From: Camelus dromedarius
Lineage: Eukaryota
Direction of reading: 5' to 3'
Assembly (NCBI RefSeq): GCF_036321535.1
Contig: NC_087437.1
Coordinates: 101,992,001 to 102,056,000 of the forward strand
DNA length: 64,000 nucleotides
This document shows, in pieces, positions 52,200 through 64,000 of this stretch. Within the stretch, counting starts at the first letter, position 1. Every line of letters starts with the position of its first letter. Below the pieces are notes generated by a model that saw only the letters and a program-made list of their open reading frames with translations, did not search any database and had not been told where the DNA came from. The translations under genes and the position numbers were made by a program.

Positions 52200-53280
52200 T
52201 ACATATTATTAGCTTATTAGTTTGGCAACAATTTGAAAGCTTGACAACACCTTTGTTATCAGTGTTGTGAGAAAATAGACATTCTGACACATTGCTTGTG
52301 GCAGTGCAAAATGATAGAATCTCTCCTGGAGGGAAATTAGACAGTATCATTAGTATCTATGCCTTTACTCTTCAATTCAGCAGTCTTACAAATATACCAA
52401 GATAGTAAACCTCATAAATGACAAAAATACATATGTATGATATTAACTTTGTCATGTTTATTATTACAAAATGTAGAGAAAATAAAAACATTACTTGCCC
52501 ACATAGGAAATCGGTTAGATAAATTATGGTTGAATAAACAGTGAACAGATATAGAGTGATTTTTTAGGATATATTAACTAAACAAAACAAAAAAAGCATA
52601 AATAGTTTTGTGCTTTTGAGTAATTGTAAAAAACAAAAAATAATCAGGAAGTTATGAAATATGTAAAGGAGTAGATGAATGGGAACAGAGAGGATGGCGT
52701 GGGAGAGGGCATGATAATCTGCTCAGTATATATATTTTTTATAATTTTCACTTTTATAACCATGTTAATTTTCATATATTGAAAAATGAAATTTGACAAG
52801 GATGAAGAAAAAAATTGCTCAAATAGAATACAGACATAAACAAATTAAACTGTATTGTAAATAAATAACCATATAAAGCATCTAAATTAATTTAAACTCA
52901 GTACTTTGCTTATATATCCTTGGTCAAATAAAAAAAAGGAATGGTATACTAATTTTGAATTTTACTGAGTACCTTTGTTTGTTGTGATATGGGCATAGAT
53001 ATTCTGAAGCTGTTTTTGTGTTCATGTGTGTGTTACAGAATTGAACAATTATTAAATGTTCTGATATTGTAGGAGTCAGCGTTTTTGCAATCAAAGGAAG
53101 ACATACACGTAAGTGGTGGAGGGAAAAAAAGGAAGAACCCTTTCTTGTTGAATTGTAATAATAATATGCATATGTGTACATATGAGAAAGCAAGCAAGAA
53201 AGAAAACAAGTGTGACAAAATGTTGCATTCGGTGAATCTAGTAAAAGGAGTGGTGTATAGTATTTTTCCTCCTTTTCTAT
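52200..53280 (+). mobile_element. Old L1 3' fragments (L1MC/L1ME-like)
   Basis: ttggcaacaatttgaaagcttgacaacac...cattgcttgtggcagtgcaaaatgatagaatc...gtgtgacaaaatgttgcattcggtgaatcta. Confidence 0.6.
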
Positions 53281-53574
53281 CTGTACATCTATTTCAGTCT
53301 ATTATCTATGTGTTTATCTGTTGTATATATGCATTTATCTATTATAAATGGATATAGATGAATAGAGTTATCGCATACATACATGAAGTGATGCTGTGCA
53401 AGTAAACTCTCTATAGCCACACACAAATTCAACAAGACAATAATCAAGAAAAAAAAAAGCCTGGGTTTTTAGGTGCTGCCAACATCTACAGTATAAGTAC
53501 TATCACAATGGCAGAGATAAGCCATCAAAGTGACATCAATAGCTCATATATTTCCTTAAAATGTAACAACTTGG

Positions 53575-56173
53575 TGCCGTAAGCAGAATTCTGAGATGGC
53601 TGCCCGATTTTCTGATAGTAATGACCTCCATAATTCCCTGCTCTGTAAGTGTTATGGATTTTAGTTCTGTAATTAGGTTATTTATAGGATACAGTTAAAT
53701 TTACGATAAAGAGATTGTCTGGGTGGCCTGACCTAACCACATATGCCTTTTAAAAGTAGAGAGTCTTAGGCTGACTGAAGAAGGAAAAGTCATAGATTTG
53801 AAGCACAAAAAGGGATTTCATGTAATGTGGCACACTTGAAGATGGGAGGGACCACCTAACTGGGAATGCAGGTAACATCAACTAATTGAGAGCAGCCCCC
53901 AGCTGACAGTTACCAAGGAAATTGAGATCTCAGTCCTATGACTATAAGGAAGTGAATTCTGCCAAAAACAAAATTAATTTTGGAAGATTATTTACAAGTG
54001 CTTCCAGAAGAAAACTGAGCTTGTCCAACAACTTGATTTCAGCCCTGTTGTAGTCTGAGTGAAGAATCCAGTCATGCTGTGCCAGACTGCTGATTTATAG
54101 AACTGTGAGTTAATAAATGGGTGTTTTCTAAGCCAGTAAGCCTGTGGTAGTTTATTAAGAAACAATAGGAATTTAATACAGATGTTGGTACCTAAAGTAG
54201 GATGCTGCCTTAACTCAACCCTGAAATGTAAGCGGCTTTGGAATTGGGCAGTGGGAGAAAGGCCAGAAGAATTTGAGACAGCATGGTAGAAAAAGCCTAG
54301 ATTTTCTTGAGCAGATTATTAGTAAAAATATAAAATATAAAGATGCTATAGTTGAAGATTCATAGAAAATAAACAGCATTATAAAAAAAATTCTAAATAA
54401 CCCTAGAGAAAGCCTACATCACCATAAACAGAATGTTAGTAGAAATGTGAACTTTATAAACGCTGTTGAAGAAGACTCCAAGGGAAGTTAAAAACAATGT
54501 TGGAAACTGAAAGATGATTCTTGTTTTGTGGTGGCAGAAAATTTAGCAAAATCATGTCCTATAGGTAAGGGTAAAGCAGAAATTGTAAGTGATCTAACTG
54601 GGTATATGGCTAAGAAGATTTCTAAGCAACATTTTGAAGATGTACCCTGATTTTCTCTATCTTTTTTAGTAAAATGCAAGAGGAAGAGGTAAATTGAGGG
54701 AAAATCTTTTAAACAAAATGAAAGAGGCCTTGGTGAATTGGGAAATTCTCAGTCTATCCAAATAGCAAAGATGCTGATATTCCTAAATTGCTTCTGGAAA
54801 CATTGCATAGAGAGAAAATGCTAAGGATCTGACTCCAGGTGGAAAAGAAAAACAGAAAAAATACATCAAGAGATTCATGATTAAACCATAGGGCATCTAC
54901 GAGATTTAAGGGAATTGTCCCTAATTCACATCAGTAGAAACCAAAGGGATTATCTCAGATTTATAAACATGGCTTTGTTCTACTAATGAAAACTAGTGAA
55001 ATCCACAAAGGCCCATAAGGCGTTTGAGAAAATTATATAAGCAACAACACTGGCAGCTTTGGACTGAAAGGGACTAAGAAAGTAGAAAATAAAAGAAGGC
55101 TATTAAAACCCCAAAATTCTACCTCCAGTAACTAGCCTGATAAAAAAATTCAGATACAAAAAAAAAAAAGTTGCCACCATTTATGAAAAAGGTTTATGAC
55201 TCAGATTGCACAATCAAAATTCCAGTGTCAGAGCCAAGAGCTTAGAGGGTAGATCCAAATAATATAGAGGATTATTCCCAGAATTTGACTCCTAATCAAG
55301 GAAATCCATCTTGAGTTCCTGTCTGGATTTCAAGACTACTTTGATCTGTTGACCCTTTTTAACCATTCCTTTTTTTTCTTCTTTTTGAACCAGAAAGTCA
55401 AAAAATATTATTCTATTCTTGTCATTCCTCTGGATATTAGAAATGTTCAGCTCAGATTATTTGTGTCTTTAGTGTCATAGATTCAATCATACCTAGGTGT
55501 TTTACTTAATAATAGTTACACTTAAGAAAAGTTTCTTCTGTATAGCACAGGGAACTGTGTTCAATATCTTGTAATAACCTTTAATTGAAAAAAACATGTA
55601 AACGAATATATGTATCAGCATGATTGGAACATTGTGCTGTATACCAGAAATTAAAACATTGTAATTGACTGTACTTCATTAAAAAAAAAAAAAAGATGTC
55701 CAAGCAACATTGCTGCTTAAAGATGGAGGGGCCACATGTCAAGGAATAAGGAAGGCCTCAAGCAGCTGTAAGTGGCACCTGGTGACAAGTAACAAGGATA
55801 TGTGGGCCTCAGTCCTGTAGCCTCAAGGAAACAGAGTTTTAACTGCAACAAAAGGAAGGGAAAATACCAGATTTATGCAGAGACCATTGTATAAAACATT
55901 TTGACTTAGAAGAGTTAGTGTCTTCTTTTGACTCCCTAGATGATAATGCCAGTGAGAAGAATGGGCATGAAAGCAAACTTTCCTCTGGAGCCTCAGGACA
56001 AGAACTCAGCCCAGCCAACACGTTGACTTTAATCCTGCTATATTCTAAGAAGAGAATCCAGCCATATCATGCCAGACTTCTGATCTAACAGAACTATGTG
56101 CTAAAATAATGTGTATCTTTTTAAGGTGTTAAGTTTGGGGTAGTTTATTTTACACCATGAGCAAACTAATACG
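53575..56173 (+). mobile_element. Near-complete MaLR provirus (MLT1E-like): 5' LTR 53575-54180, internal region 54181 to about 55520, partial 3' LTR 55695-56173
   Basis: The first LTR ends ...atttaataca and is followed directly by gatgttggtacc, the MaLR internal start. The second LTR aligns with the first (aagatggaggggccac, ctcagtcct, gaatccagcca...tgccagacttctga) and ends ...aactaatacg. Confidence 0.85.
55527..55694 (+). mobile_element. Short young L1 3' end inside the MaLR
   Basis: ttcttctgtatagcacagggaactgtgttcaatatcttgtaataacc...gactgtacttcatt followed by poly(A). No TSD seen. Confidence 0.9.
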
Positions 56174-56714
56174 TTTAATTCTTGCAGGCTGGTAGGAAGA
56201 GCCCTCAACAACAAACGCATTTTATGTTTAACGTATTTTAAATGTTTTTAATAGAAACCTTTTTGCCTTTACTTCTTTATTATTATTATTTTAAAACCTT
56301 TTGCTTTTGGATGACAAAAGCTGCATTGGGCAAAAGGATAAAAATGACAAAAGAACAGCTTTCTTCAAATGCAACTAATAAAACAAAGCATGTATAATCT
56401 GAAAAAAAAATTTACCTGTATACCCCACTATAACTCCTTAAAATACAAAATGCCTAATTAAAATAAATTTTTATCTTTATTACCTAAAGTTCTGATTCTC
56501 TCTGACCATTAGGCAGTCTAATAGCTTTTTAGGTATACAGTGTTTCCCAAATTATATTTAGTGACATGTACATATCAGGTAGCACTGAATTAAGAGAAAA
56601 AAATTACCTGTCTTTTACTATATCCAGGCCATGGTGACTTAGATGGCAAACCTGCCACATACTTTTCAAGGACAACTGCATAAGCCTTAAAAAAATGAAA
56701 AGGGTAAAAACAAA

Positions 56715-57045
56715 AATTTATTTATTTATTTTTATATGTATGTATTTTTATTGAAGGATAGTCAGTTTATAATGTGTCAATTTCTGGTGTACAGCACAAT
56801 GCTTCAGTCATACATGAACATACATATATTCATTTTCATATTCCTTTTCACAATAAGTTACAACAAAATATCGAATGTAATTCCCTGTGCTATACAGCAT
56901 TAACTTGTTGTTTATTCTATTTGTATCAGTTAGTGTCTGTAAATCCTAACTCCCCTCCAACCCTCCTCCCCACCGGTAACCACAAGTTTTTTCTTTATGT
57001 CTGAGAGTCTGTTTCTGTTTTGCAAAGTTCATTTGTCTTTTTTTT
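56715..57045 (-). mobile_element. Young L1 3' end
   Basis: tttattgaaggatagtcagtttataatgtgtcaatttctggtgtacagcacaatg..., same family as 1742-2247. Confidence 0.9.
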
Positions 57046-58323
57046 AATTATAAAATATTCAAAACCAATGATCTTATATATGATTGATTACTTTTCTCTT
57101 GTTTTCAAAAAGATATATCTATTTAGCAGCAAAAAAAAAGTGCTGCTAAATTATAGTCTTTGGGAAATACGATTTTCCTTTTTATAATCTGAATCAGAAA
57201 GTTTGCTTAGGACAGTTAAGGACATTTTGAATTATGTTTTTAAAATTAAAACCATATCCTGATTTAAGAGCTCCATCTTTGAACCTAGTTATAAATTTAG
57301 AATTTTAAAAATGAGAATCCTTTTCTTATACATGGAAGATATATTTTTTTCCTTTAGCTGCACTTTGGTGAGCCCCAAAGACAGAGATTTGATCTAAAGA
57401 AAATATATTCTAAAACATATGAACCTAAAACTATGGAGGTTGACTTAAAACTCAAATTATTATTTTCTTTTCTCAACTTTCTCCTTTTGCTATAAAAATC
57501 AACCTACTCTTCCCTTTTTGAATGGCTGTATCTGCTCAGTAATGTATAGAAATACAAACTCTTCATACAGGTAGACACTAGTAAAAATGTTTGTTATTTA
57601 CTATTTTTGAGCTAATAGGTAAACCAATAAAGAATTTTTAAAATTCTACCATGTTTTGTTCTTTATAATGCTTACAGCTTTACAAATCAATATTAAGGAT
57701 GTTTTGGCCCACTAGGCTGTAACAGTTTGTTAGAACCTGTTATGATTCATCAATAAGGTTTTATGAGATCTTTGAACCTATGGTTATGTGGCTGTTGGGT
57801 ATACACATTATACCCATGTTTCGAATTAATGTTTGCAACAAAGAGGGGAAAGGAAAAAAAAAGTCACTCCTTTCTCCATAGTCTTTTAAGACAATTCATC
57901 TTAATGGGCTAAGTTTGCTAATAATAGTATTTTTGATATTATTAAAATGAATTACTGAGGTAAACATACCTAATTTTCTGAATCTTAACACTTTAAATGT
58001 ATTTTCTAGCATATGGCATGCTATTAAAATAGCATCTTCACTCTAGAAATATCATGCTCCCTTGTAATCAGAGGACTTGAATCTGTTTGTTGAAATTTTA
58101 ATTAGGTGTTTTCAGTGCTTGAGGGAAATTTACAACGTGTATTTAAAGGACATTTGTAGATAACCTGCAGGCATAACATACGTTGACTTTAAAGCTGAAG
58201 GAAATGAGGACTCAAGAGTTCTTAAGTGATAAAACAAGAATGAAAGTCCAAGTTGTCTGGCTTCTGGTCCAGTTTCCTTCTACATCCTTCTTCAAAAATA
58301 GATAATTTATTTCTTTTTGAATA

Positions 58324-58369
58324 GATTATTAATTTATTGGGTATCTGATTATTAATTTATTGGGTATCT
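58324..58369. repeat. Perfect 23-bp tandem duplication
   Basis: gattattaatttattgggtatct occurs twice (58324-58346 and 58347-58369). Confidence 0.97.
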
Positions 58370-59690
58370 TTATGAAATATTAATATAAGCACCTTATTAC
58401 ACTTTCATGCAACCGACATATTACATATCAGTATCAAATAACCTTTATTCATGCAATCATTGATTTTTTTCATCTATAAAATAAATACTTTTTTGACACC
58501 CAGTTACTTGTAAAATACTGTGCTAGGCGGGTAAGAATAAAGACCAAGAGAAATGACTTTTCATTTTCTTATCTATGTAGCAACATTATTTTGTAGACGA
58601 GGTAAACGTGGAACCAAATAATTACAATGGAGAAGTTGTCTAGCTGAGGAAGTGATTGTCTCAGCCAGGATTAATAAGAGATTAGAGGGTGTAAGAAGTC
58701 TTCATAAAGTAAGCAACGCCTGATTTGGAAATTTAAAACATTAAACTACATGAAGAACGTGGGAGCAAAAGTATTCCATGCCAAAGACAAAAATCTTTGA
58801 TTAACGTAGTCATTTGAACTGGATTACTTGGTATCAGGGATACTTTACATTCTAAGACTATTGTATATATAGGGCATTCTTTGTACTGGCTTTTTTAGAA
58901 TGTGAGCCTTATATTTGCTTAAATTTCGTTGAGTAGAATGATGACAAAGTAGTTCAAAGAGCATCTGAGTTGAGTATGAGTGAAAGTATCATCTAGAAGA
59001 AACTTTTAGACACCGAGGTTGACGGCACATCCTATCTTCCAAACCCTTGTCCATTCGCTAGAAAGCCAACACTCCAGGGACCTATGTGTCTCATTAAGCA
59101 AAGTCGTTTCTTTTAGGCTACTAGAAAATTCTACCAAAATATGATTCCCCATTGAGTCTGTTTATTGTTCTAAGTTTTGCTTCTTGACCTAGAGTAAAAT
59201 AAGTCAATTTTATCTTCTGTATGTCTGTTTTGATATATTTTGTATATCTTTTAAAGATAGTTTATGATTTTAGAGTTCCTAATTTAGTGTTCAGGTGATT
59301 TCATCCTTTGGTTATCCATCCACTTTATATGTTCTCAAAGGCACATTCAACTGTGAAATTATATGATTCAGTTTACATTATTAAACAGAAAAGTAACTAT
59401 CCATTGCTTAGATGACTGCTATAATTTAGAATAGGCTAGAAAAGATGATAAAAAACAGAAGATGGCATCAGGAAAACAGGTTTGAGCAACTGTTTTTATA
59501 TCCTTAAACTTTAGTTTCCATGTATATGAAATAAAGATAAGATTCTCTTACTTCACATTGATTTTACTTAGATTCAGTGTGTTTGAATTAACTGAGATAA
59601 AGTTAGAGTATATGAAATGAGTGACATGCATAGAAAACAATAAGCTGAGTCAAGGCAGTCTTATGAAAGAGAAGTGTTTGCCTGGAAGTG

Positions 59691-59693
59691 TTA

Positions 59694-59729
<36 letters not shown>

Positions 59730-59920
59730 TATTATTATTGAGATAGAATTAGTATATACCATTGTGTAAGTTTAAGGTGCACATCTTGATTTGATACATT
59801 TATATAATACAGTATGATTGTCACCATAGTAGTAGCTAAATTCTATTATGTCACCTAAGTATCATTTCTTTTTTTGTAGTGAGAACGATTAAGATCTAGT
59901 CTCTTAGTAACTTTGAAGTG
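59691..59920 (-). mobile_element. L1MA9-like 3' end with a (TTA)n tail
   Basis: (TTA)n at 59691-59739, then attgtgtaagtttaaggtgcaca...gtgagaacgattaagatctagtctcttagtaacttt. Confidence 0.8.
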
Positions 59921-61191
59921 TTTGTGTGTGTTTGGGTGTATCTCGTATTCTTAGATTTTGGTGATCCTGGGCCATTTGTCTCTACATTCTGCTGACACCC
60001 TCCACAAAGGGAGAATTATTTAAGCCGTTTTACTGTGCAGAGCAAGTACTTGATTGGGATGTGCTTTGAAACCAGTTCCTTCATTGGGTGGAGCTGAGAA
60101 ACTGTCAGTTAACTTACAAATCCTTTCCAATGCTTCTTGTCTGCTTCCAGCGTAGTAAAGGGAATTGGGCCAATTGCTCAATGATTTGTATCTCTGCATG
60201 TGACTTCCTCAGATTCCTACACAATAACTTAGAAAAAGCTTTGGTGCAGATTTACAGAAAAAAAATGTTTAATATTTTTTTTAGGTACTTGTACTCCTTT
60301 TGGCTGCAAAGTCTAGAAGGAAGAAATTATTGGCATAGTTGAGTATCTGGAAAAAACGTTGCTGACAGAATGGCTGATATAAGTTTGACTACATTGTTTT
60401 GATGGTTCCCTTTGGTTAATCTCATCTTAGTAATTCAACACCATATTAACATCTGGTAGTGACAGAGAAATCTATCATAGCACTATAGGACTTGCAAGTC
60501 CCCCACACTTGAAACATATTACTTTTCATATGGTGTTGCCTTGAACTTTAGGAAATGAATTAATCTTTTTAAGTTTAAATTTTCCAATCAATAAAATGCA
60601 TATAATAATAGTTCCTACTTGCTAAAGTATTAGAAAAATTAAAAAAAACATGAGATCTTATGGAAAGCAACCATTCCAGCTTTGAGCATTCAGTGAGTTG
60701 TCAATAAGTATGAACCATTATTATGTATTAAGTTTTACAGAAAATGATACTTGTTGTCTTTGTGGTGTTGCACAGCATGTAAAAATAATGACAGATTTTG
60801 AGGAATCATTCTCTAAATTTTTTGGAACAAAATAATGTTAGGTTTGGAGGTGTACCAACTAGTCAATTGTATACTAGTTAAGCACTTGTGGACCATAATA
60901 ATTAGGTAGAATTTTTTTCCCTCTATTTCACTAAACACTATTCCATCAAAGTTAATTTTACCAAAAACAGTTAATTTACATCTCTAGACAACTGGATCTT
61001 TATACGCTGGCTTGGGGGGAACTCAGATAATTCCTTCTCTTAGAAAATAATTCATGACCACCTCAACACTCTCTTTTCTCTAGGATTTCATATCTCCCAG
61101 AGGGGTCTTAAGGGGTCAGTGAAATCCAGATCAAGAAACCCTGATCTGACAAGATATTTCACCCATAAACCCCAATGGTTTGTTCTTCTCC

Positions 61192-61224
61192 CTCTGTCTC
61201 TCTGTCTCTCTGTCTGTCTCTCTG

Positions 61225-61302
<78 letters not shown>
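61192..61302. repeat. Compound (TCTCTG)n-(TC)n-(CA)n microsatellite
   Basis: Directly visible. It explains the three low-complexity ORFs at 61119-61386. Confidence 0.98.
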
Positions 61303-61305
<3 letters not shown>

Positions 61306-62635
61306 GTCTTTTTCCTAAATACAGTATTCATTTCTAGAGTCTATTCTGTGGTGGAAAAACACTTTTTCACCTTTGACTATTGCTAGAGGCTTCCCTTGAT
61401 ACCTTTTCCTTTGACATCAGTAAACATATTGAAATGAGAGACTCTAGGGGACAGTTTCATTGTTGCTGCTGTTAGTTAACCAATACAGTATCATTAATCA
61501 GACTTTATGGTGACATTTTCTTTTTAAACTAATGACATTTTGATTTTAATCCAATGGCATTCAGATAAAATATATTGTCCTACAAGTAAATATTTTAAAA
61601 ATTTTATGCATATTTTAGGTTAAGAGAATTCTAGGTTATATTGAAAAAGAAGTCAGAAAATCTAAAACAAATAATGTATATTTACCAGACATTAATTTAC
61701 ACTATTGTGAAATTGTATTCGTTATTTTATTAAATCACAAGTATATTTAAATACATACACCTATTTGAAAGTTATACTTTATTGACTGTTTTTAGAGATT
61801 GTAACAAAACTTAGAAATCATGTAAGCTGACTGATTTTTCAGTGATTCAGAAGGAAATAATTTAGCTATTTTACCCTGCCGTATTTTACATTTTCACCCC
61901 GTGCTATTTATTTCATCTCCAAATGACTATCTTTTTCTTAGGAAAAATATATACTACAAACATATTAAATCAAGGAAATCCTATGCATAGAAGGGTCTCT
62001 TGATCAACAGTCCTTATATACTGCTGTTTTAGGAATATCAAGGTATTAATGAATTCTCTAAGAAAGGAAAAAAATGATCTTATTACATCGCTACCGAGTG
62101 CATTGATACAGTGTATTATTAGGTTTGCAGGTTTACATTTCTTCATGAAGTTTTCAATTTGTGGAATAAAGACTTTATTACATAGTACAAAGGGCCTAGT
62201 GTTTTACATTTAACTTCATCAATTATAGAAGCATTTACTTCTAGTCACAATACTTACTCTTATTGCACCTAACATGTAAATGGTATATAGCCATACTCCA
62301 CAGTCATTTTAACGTTTTCTGTGTAGTGGGTGCTATTTAGTTGAAAGGAGTTTTTTTGCTTTTTTTGTTTTTTTTTAACTGCAGTACTCTCAGGTTAGCA
62401 AGCTTGTCAAACTTACAAGTTAGACAAAACAAATCAAATTCCTAAGATGTTTCGCTAGTTAAACTTACAAAAATGCATAAATTAAAAAACCTCATTCACA
62501 CATAATATTCTGGGTTATAACTAAAATAATATTATACCTTCTTTGATGGTTCTTTTGATAACTGCTGTCCAGGCCAAGTGCAGGTGTTATGTGGCTGAAG
62601 CTTGTATCGTTTGAGGGAAGGGGGAGGCTTTAAGT

Positions 62636-62847
62636 CTGTGATTCTCAAATGGGGATCATCCACAGGCTCCCAGCTGGGGATTTTGAAACTATCTGGACAT
62701 CTTTTTATTGTCGCAGCTACTGGAATCTAGTGATTAAGGGCATCGATGTTGCTAAGTAGCCTACAAAGCACAAGACAGCCCCTCCCAGCCCGCAACAAGG
62801 AATTACCCATTCAAAAGTGTTAGCAGTGCCTCTGTTGAGAAATGCTG
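62636..62847 (+). mobile_element. MER20 (hAT-Charlie) MITE
   Basis: TIRs ctgtgattctcaa / ttgagaaatgctg, MER20 body (gctactggaatctagtg...cctacaaagcacaagacagcccc), and 8-bp TSD ctttaagt (62628-62635) / ctttaatt (62848-62855). Confidence 0.9.
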
Positions 62848-64000
62848 CTTTAATTAAAAGAATTAAAGTATAAAATTAAACACAGGAGTGAGTGACTCTG
62901 AAGAATAAGCTCCATTAATTTGATAGGGAAAACTGATTCAGCTTTTACTCCAATACAAAATCCCAAGTCACATATCTTTCTTTCTGGATACTGCCTTAGA
63001 CCTTACAAATTTCCACCTCTGGCTAAAGGTTTCAGAAGAGTGGAGAAACTAATGTGCTTTAAATGGAAGGTCTCTGTCTAATGAATTTAAAAGACAACTA
63101 CATAATACATGATAATGAGATTGGCAAGCACCAAGTTACAATGATTTGATTAACTTAATGGAGTCTACAGGGGAAAATGGATAGAAACTTCACAGATTGC
63201 AGGTAACATTTTCCTAGAAGTAGCAAATTAGTGAAAGTAAGAAGTATTTTAAAGTTACTTTAAAAATTTATTTTATAGCTTCTGCACTTCTTTGTCACTC
63301 AAGATGTAATCACTTTGCACAACTCTGATAAAGTGTCTTACAAGTTAAGTATTCAAGCCCTTATTGGGGACGGACAGCTATTAAAAAAAGCACGTACCAG
63401 GTGGCTCTGCATGAGGCCTGTGACACTAATCCATGCACCCCCCCCACACACACACACACACTTCTGGCTTTCTAAAAATAGCCTGACTCATTAAACTACC
63501 AGAATTTTTAAAATAAACAGAAACTCAAACTACTTAATTTGCGTATATTGCTCATAGTAAAAGTAATATTCTTTACTGCCAAGCTACCAGCTGCATGGTG
63601 TTAGTGACGAGTCTAGCCAAGGTTAGGCTGAGTGGTCTATACCTCTTCTACCTACCACACCACTAAGAGGGTCATCATGCAGCCCTTTATTTAATCGGTA
63701 ATTATTTAACTTATATTTGGGTGACATCACACTGTTCACAGATACACAGTCAGAAATACAAATTTGTATTACTTTAAACAGTGTTTCTGCAATGCTTGCT
63801 GTTTTGCTAAATAGAGGTGATTTCAACCTTTCAGAAAGTTAAGAAAACAAAAAACGGATATTGCTGTGGTTATCTGAGAGTTTAAATTTTGTAAGGAAGA
63901 AACTGGCCATATAGGCTTTTATGTATTTTTTGAGAAATATATTAAATATCCAAAGCAATGCTCACTTGCACCTAAAAATAGATACTATTCATAACCTTCG

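Noticed and set aside
54280..54490. Diverged direct repeat within the MaLR internal region
   Set aside because: As I recall it is a feature of MLT1 internal consensus sequences rather than of this locus (not verified).
1..64000. Prokaryote-style systems (CRISPR, operons), nuclear mitochondrial insertions, snRNA/snoRNA genes or host coding exons
   Set aside because: None seen. The sequence is mammalian repeat-rich non-coding DNA. Very short or non-coding exons cannot be excluded by eye.

Overview
AT-rich mammalian non-coding DNA, most likely camelid: it carries a tRNA-derived Vic-1-like SINE and several matching young L1 3' ends. I find no credible host protein-coding exon, RNA gene or CpG island. 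The ORF track is explained by chance ORFs, simple repeats and decayed transposon proteins (L1 ORF1/ORF2, ERV-L gag/integrase). Much of the window is fossil transposable elements: MIR, L2, old and young L1, MaLR/ERV-L/ERV1 LTRs, and Tigger and hAT DNA transposons. The most informative signal is a rearrangement at about 48.9-51.6 kb. One MLT2 LTR and the old L1 5' end it sits in are each split into two halves on opposite strands, which implies an inversion of about 1.5 kb. A foreign GC-rich segment of about 1.15 kb sits at the left breakpoint and a compound CA-rich repeat at the right. Other points are a three-tier nested insertion inside an internally deleted ERV-L, a near-complete MaLR provirus with a probable L1-mediated deletion, and a strong minus-strand bias of L1s that hints at an intron of a plus-strand gene. 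I see no evidence for a new biological system beyond these events. Repeat family names come from remembered consensus sequences, not a database search, and boundaries of old elements are approximate.
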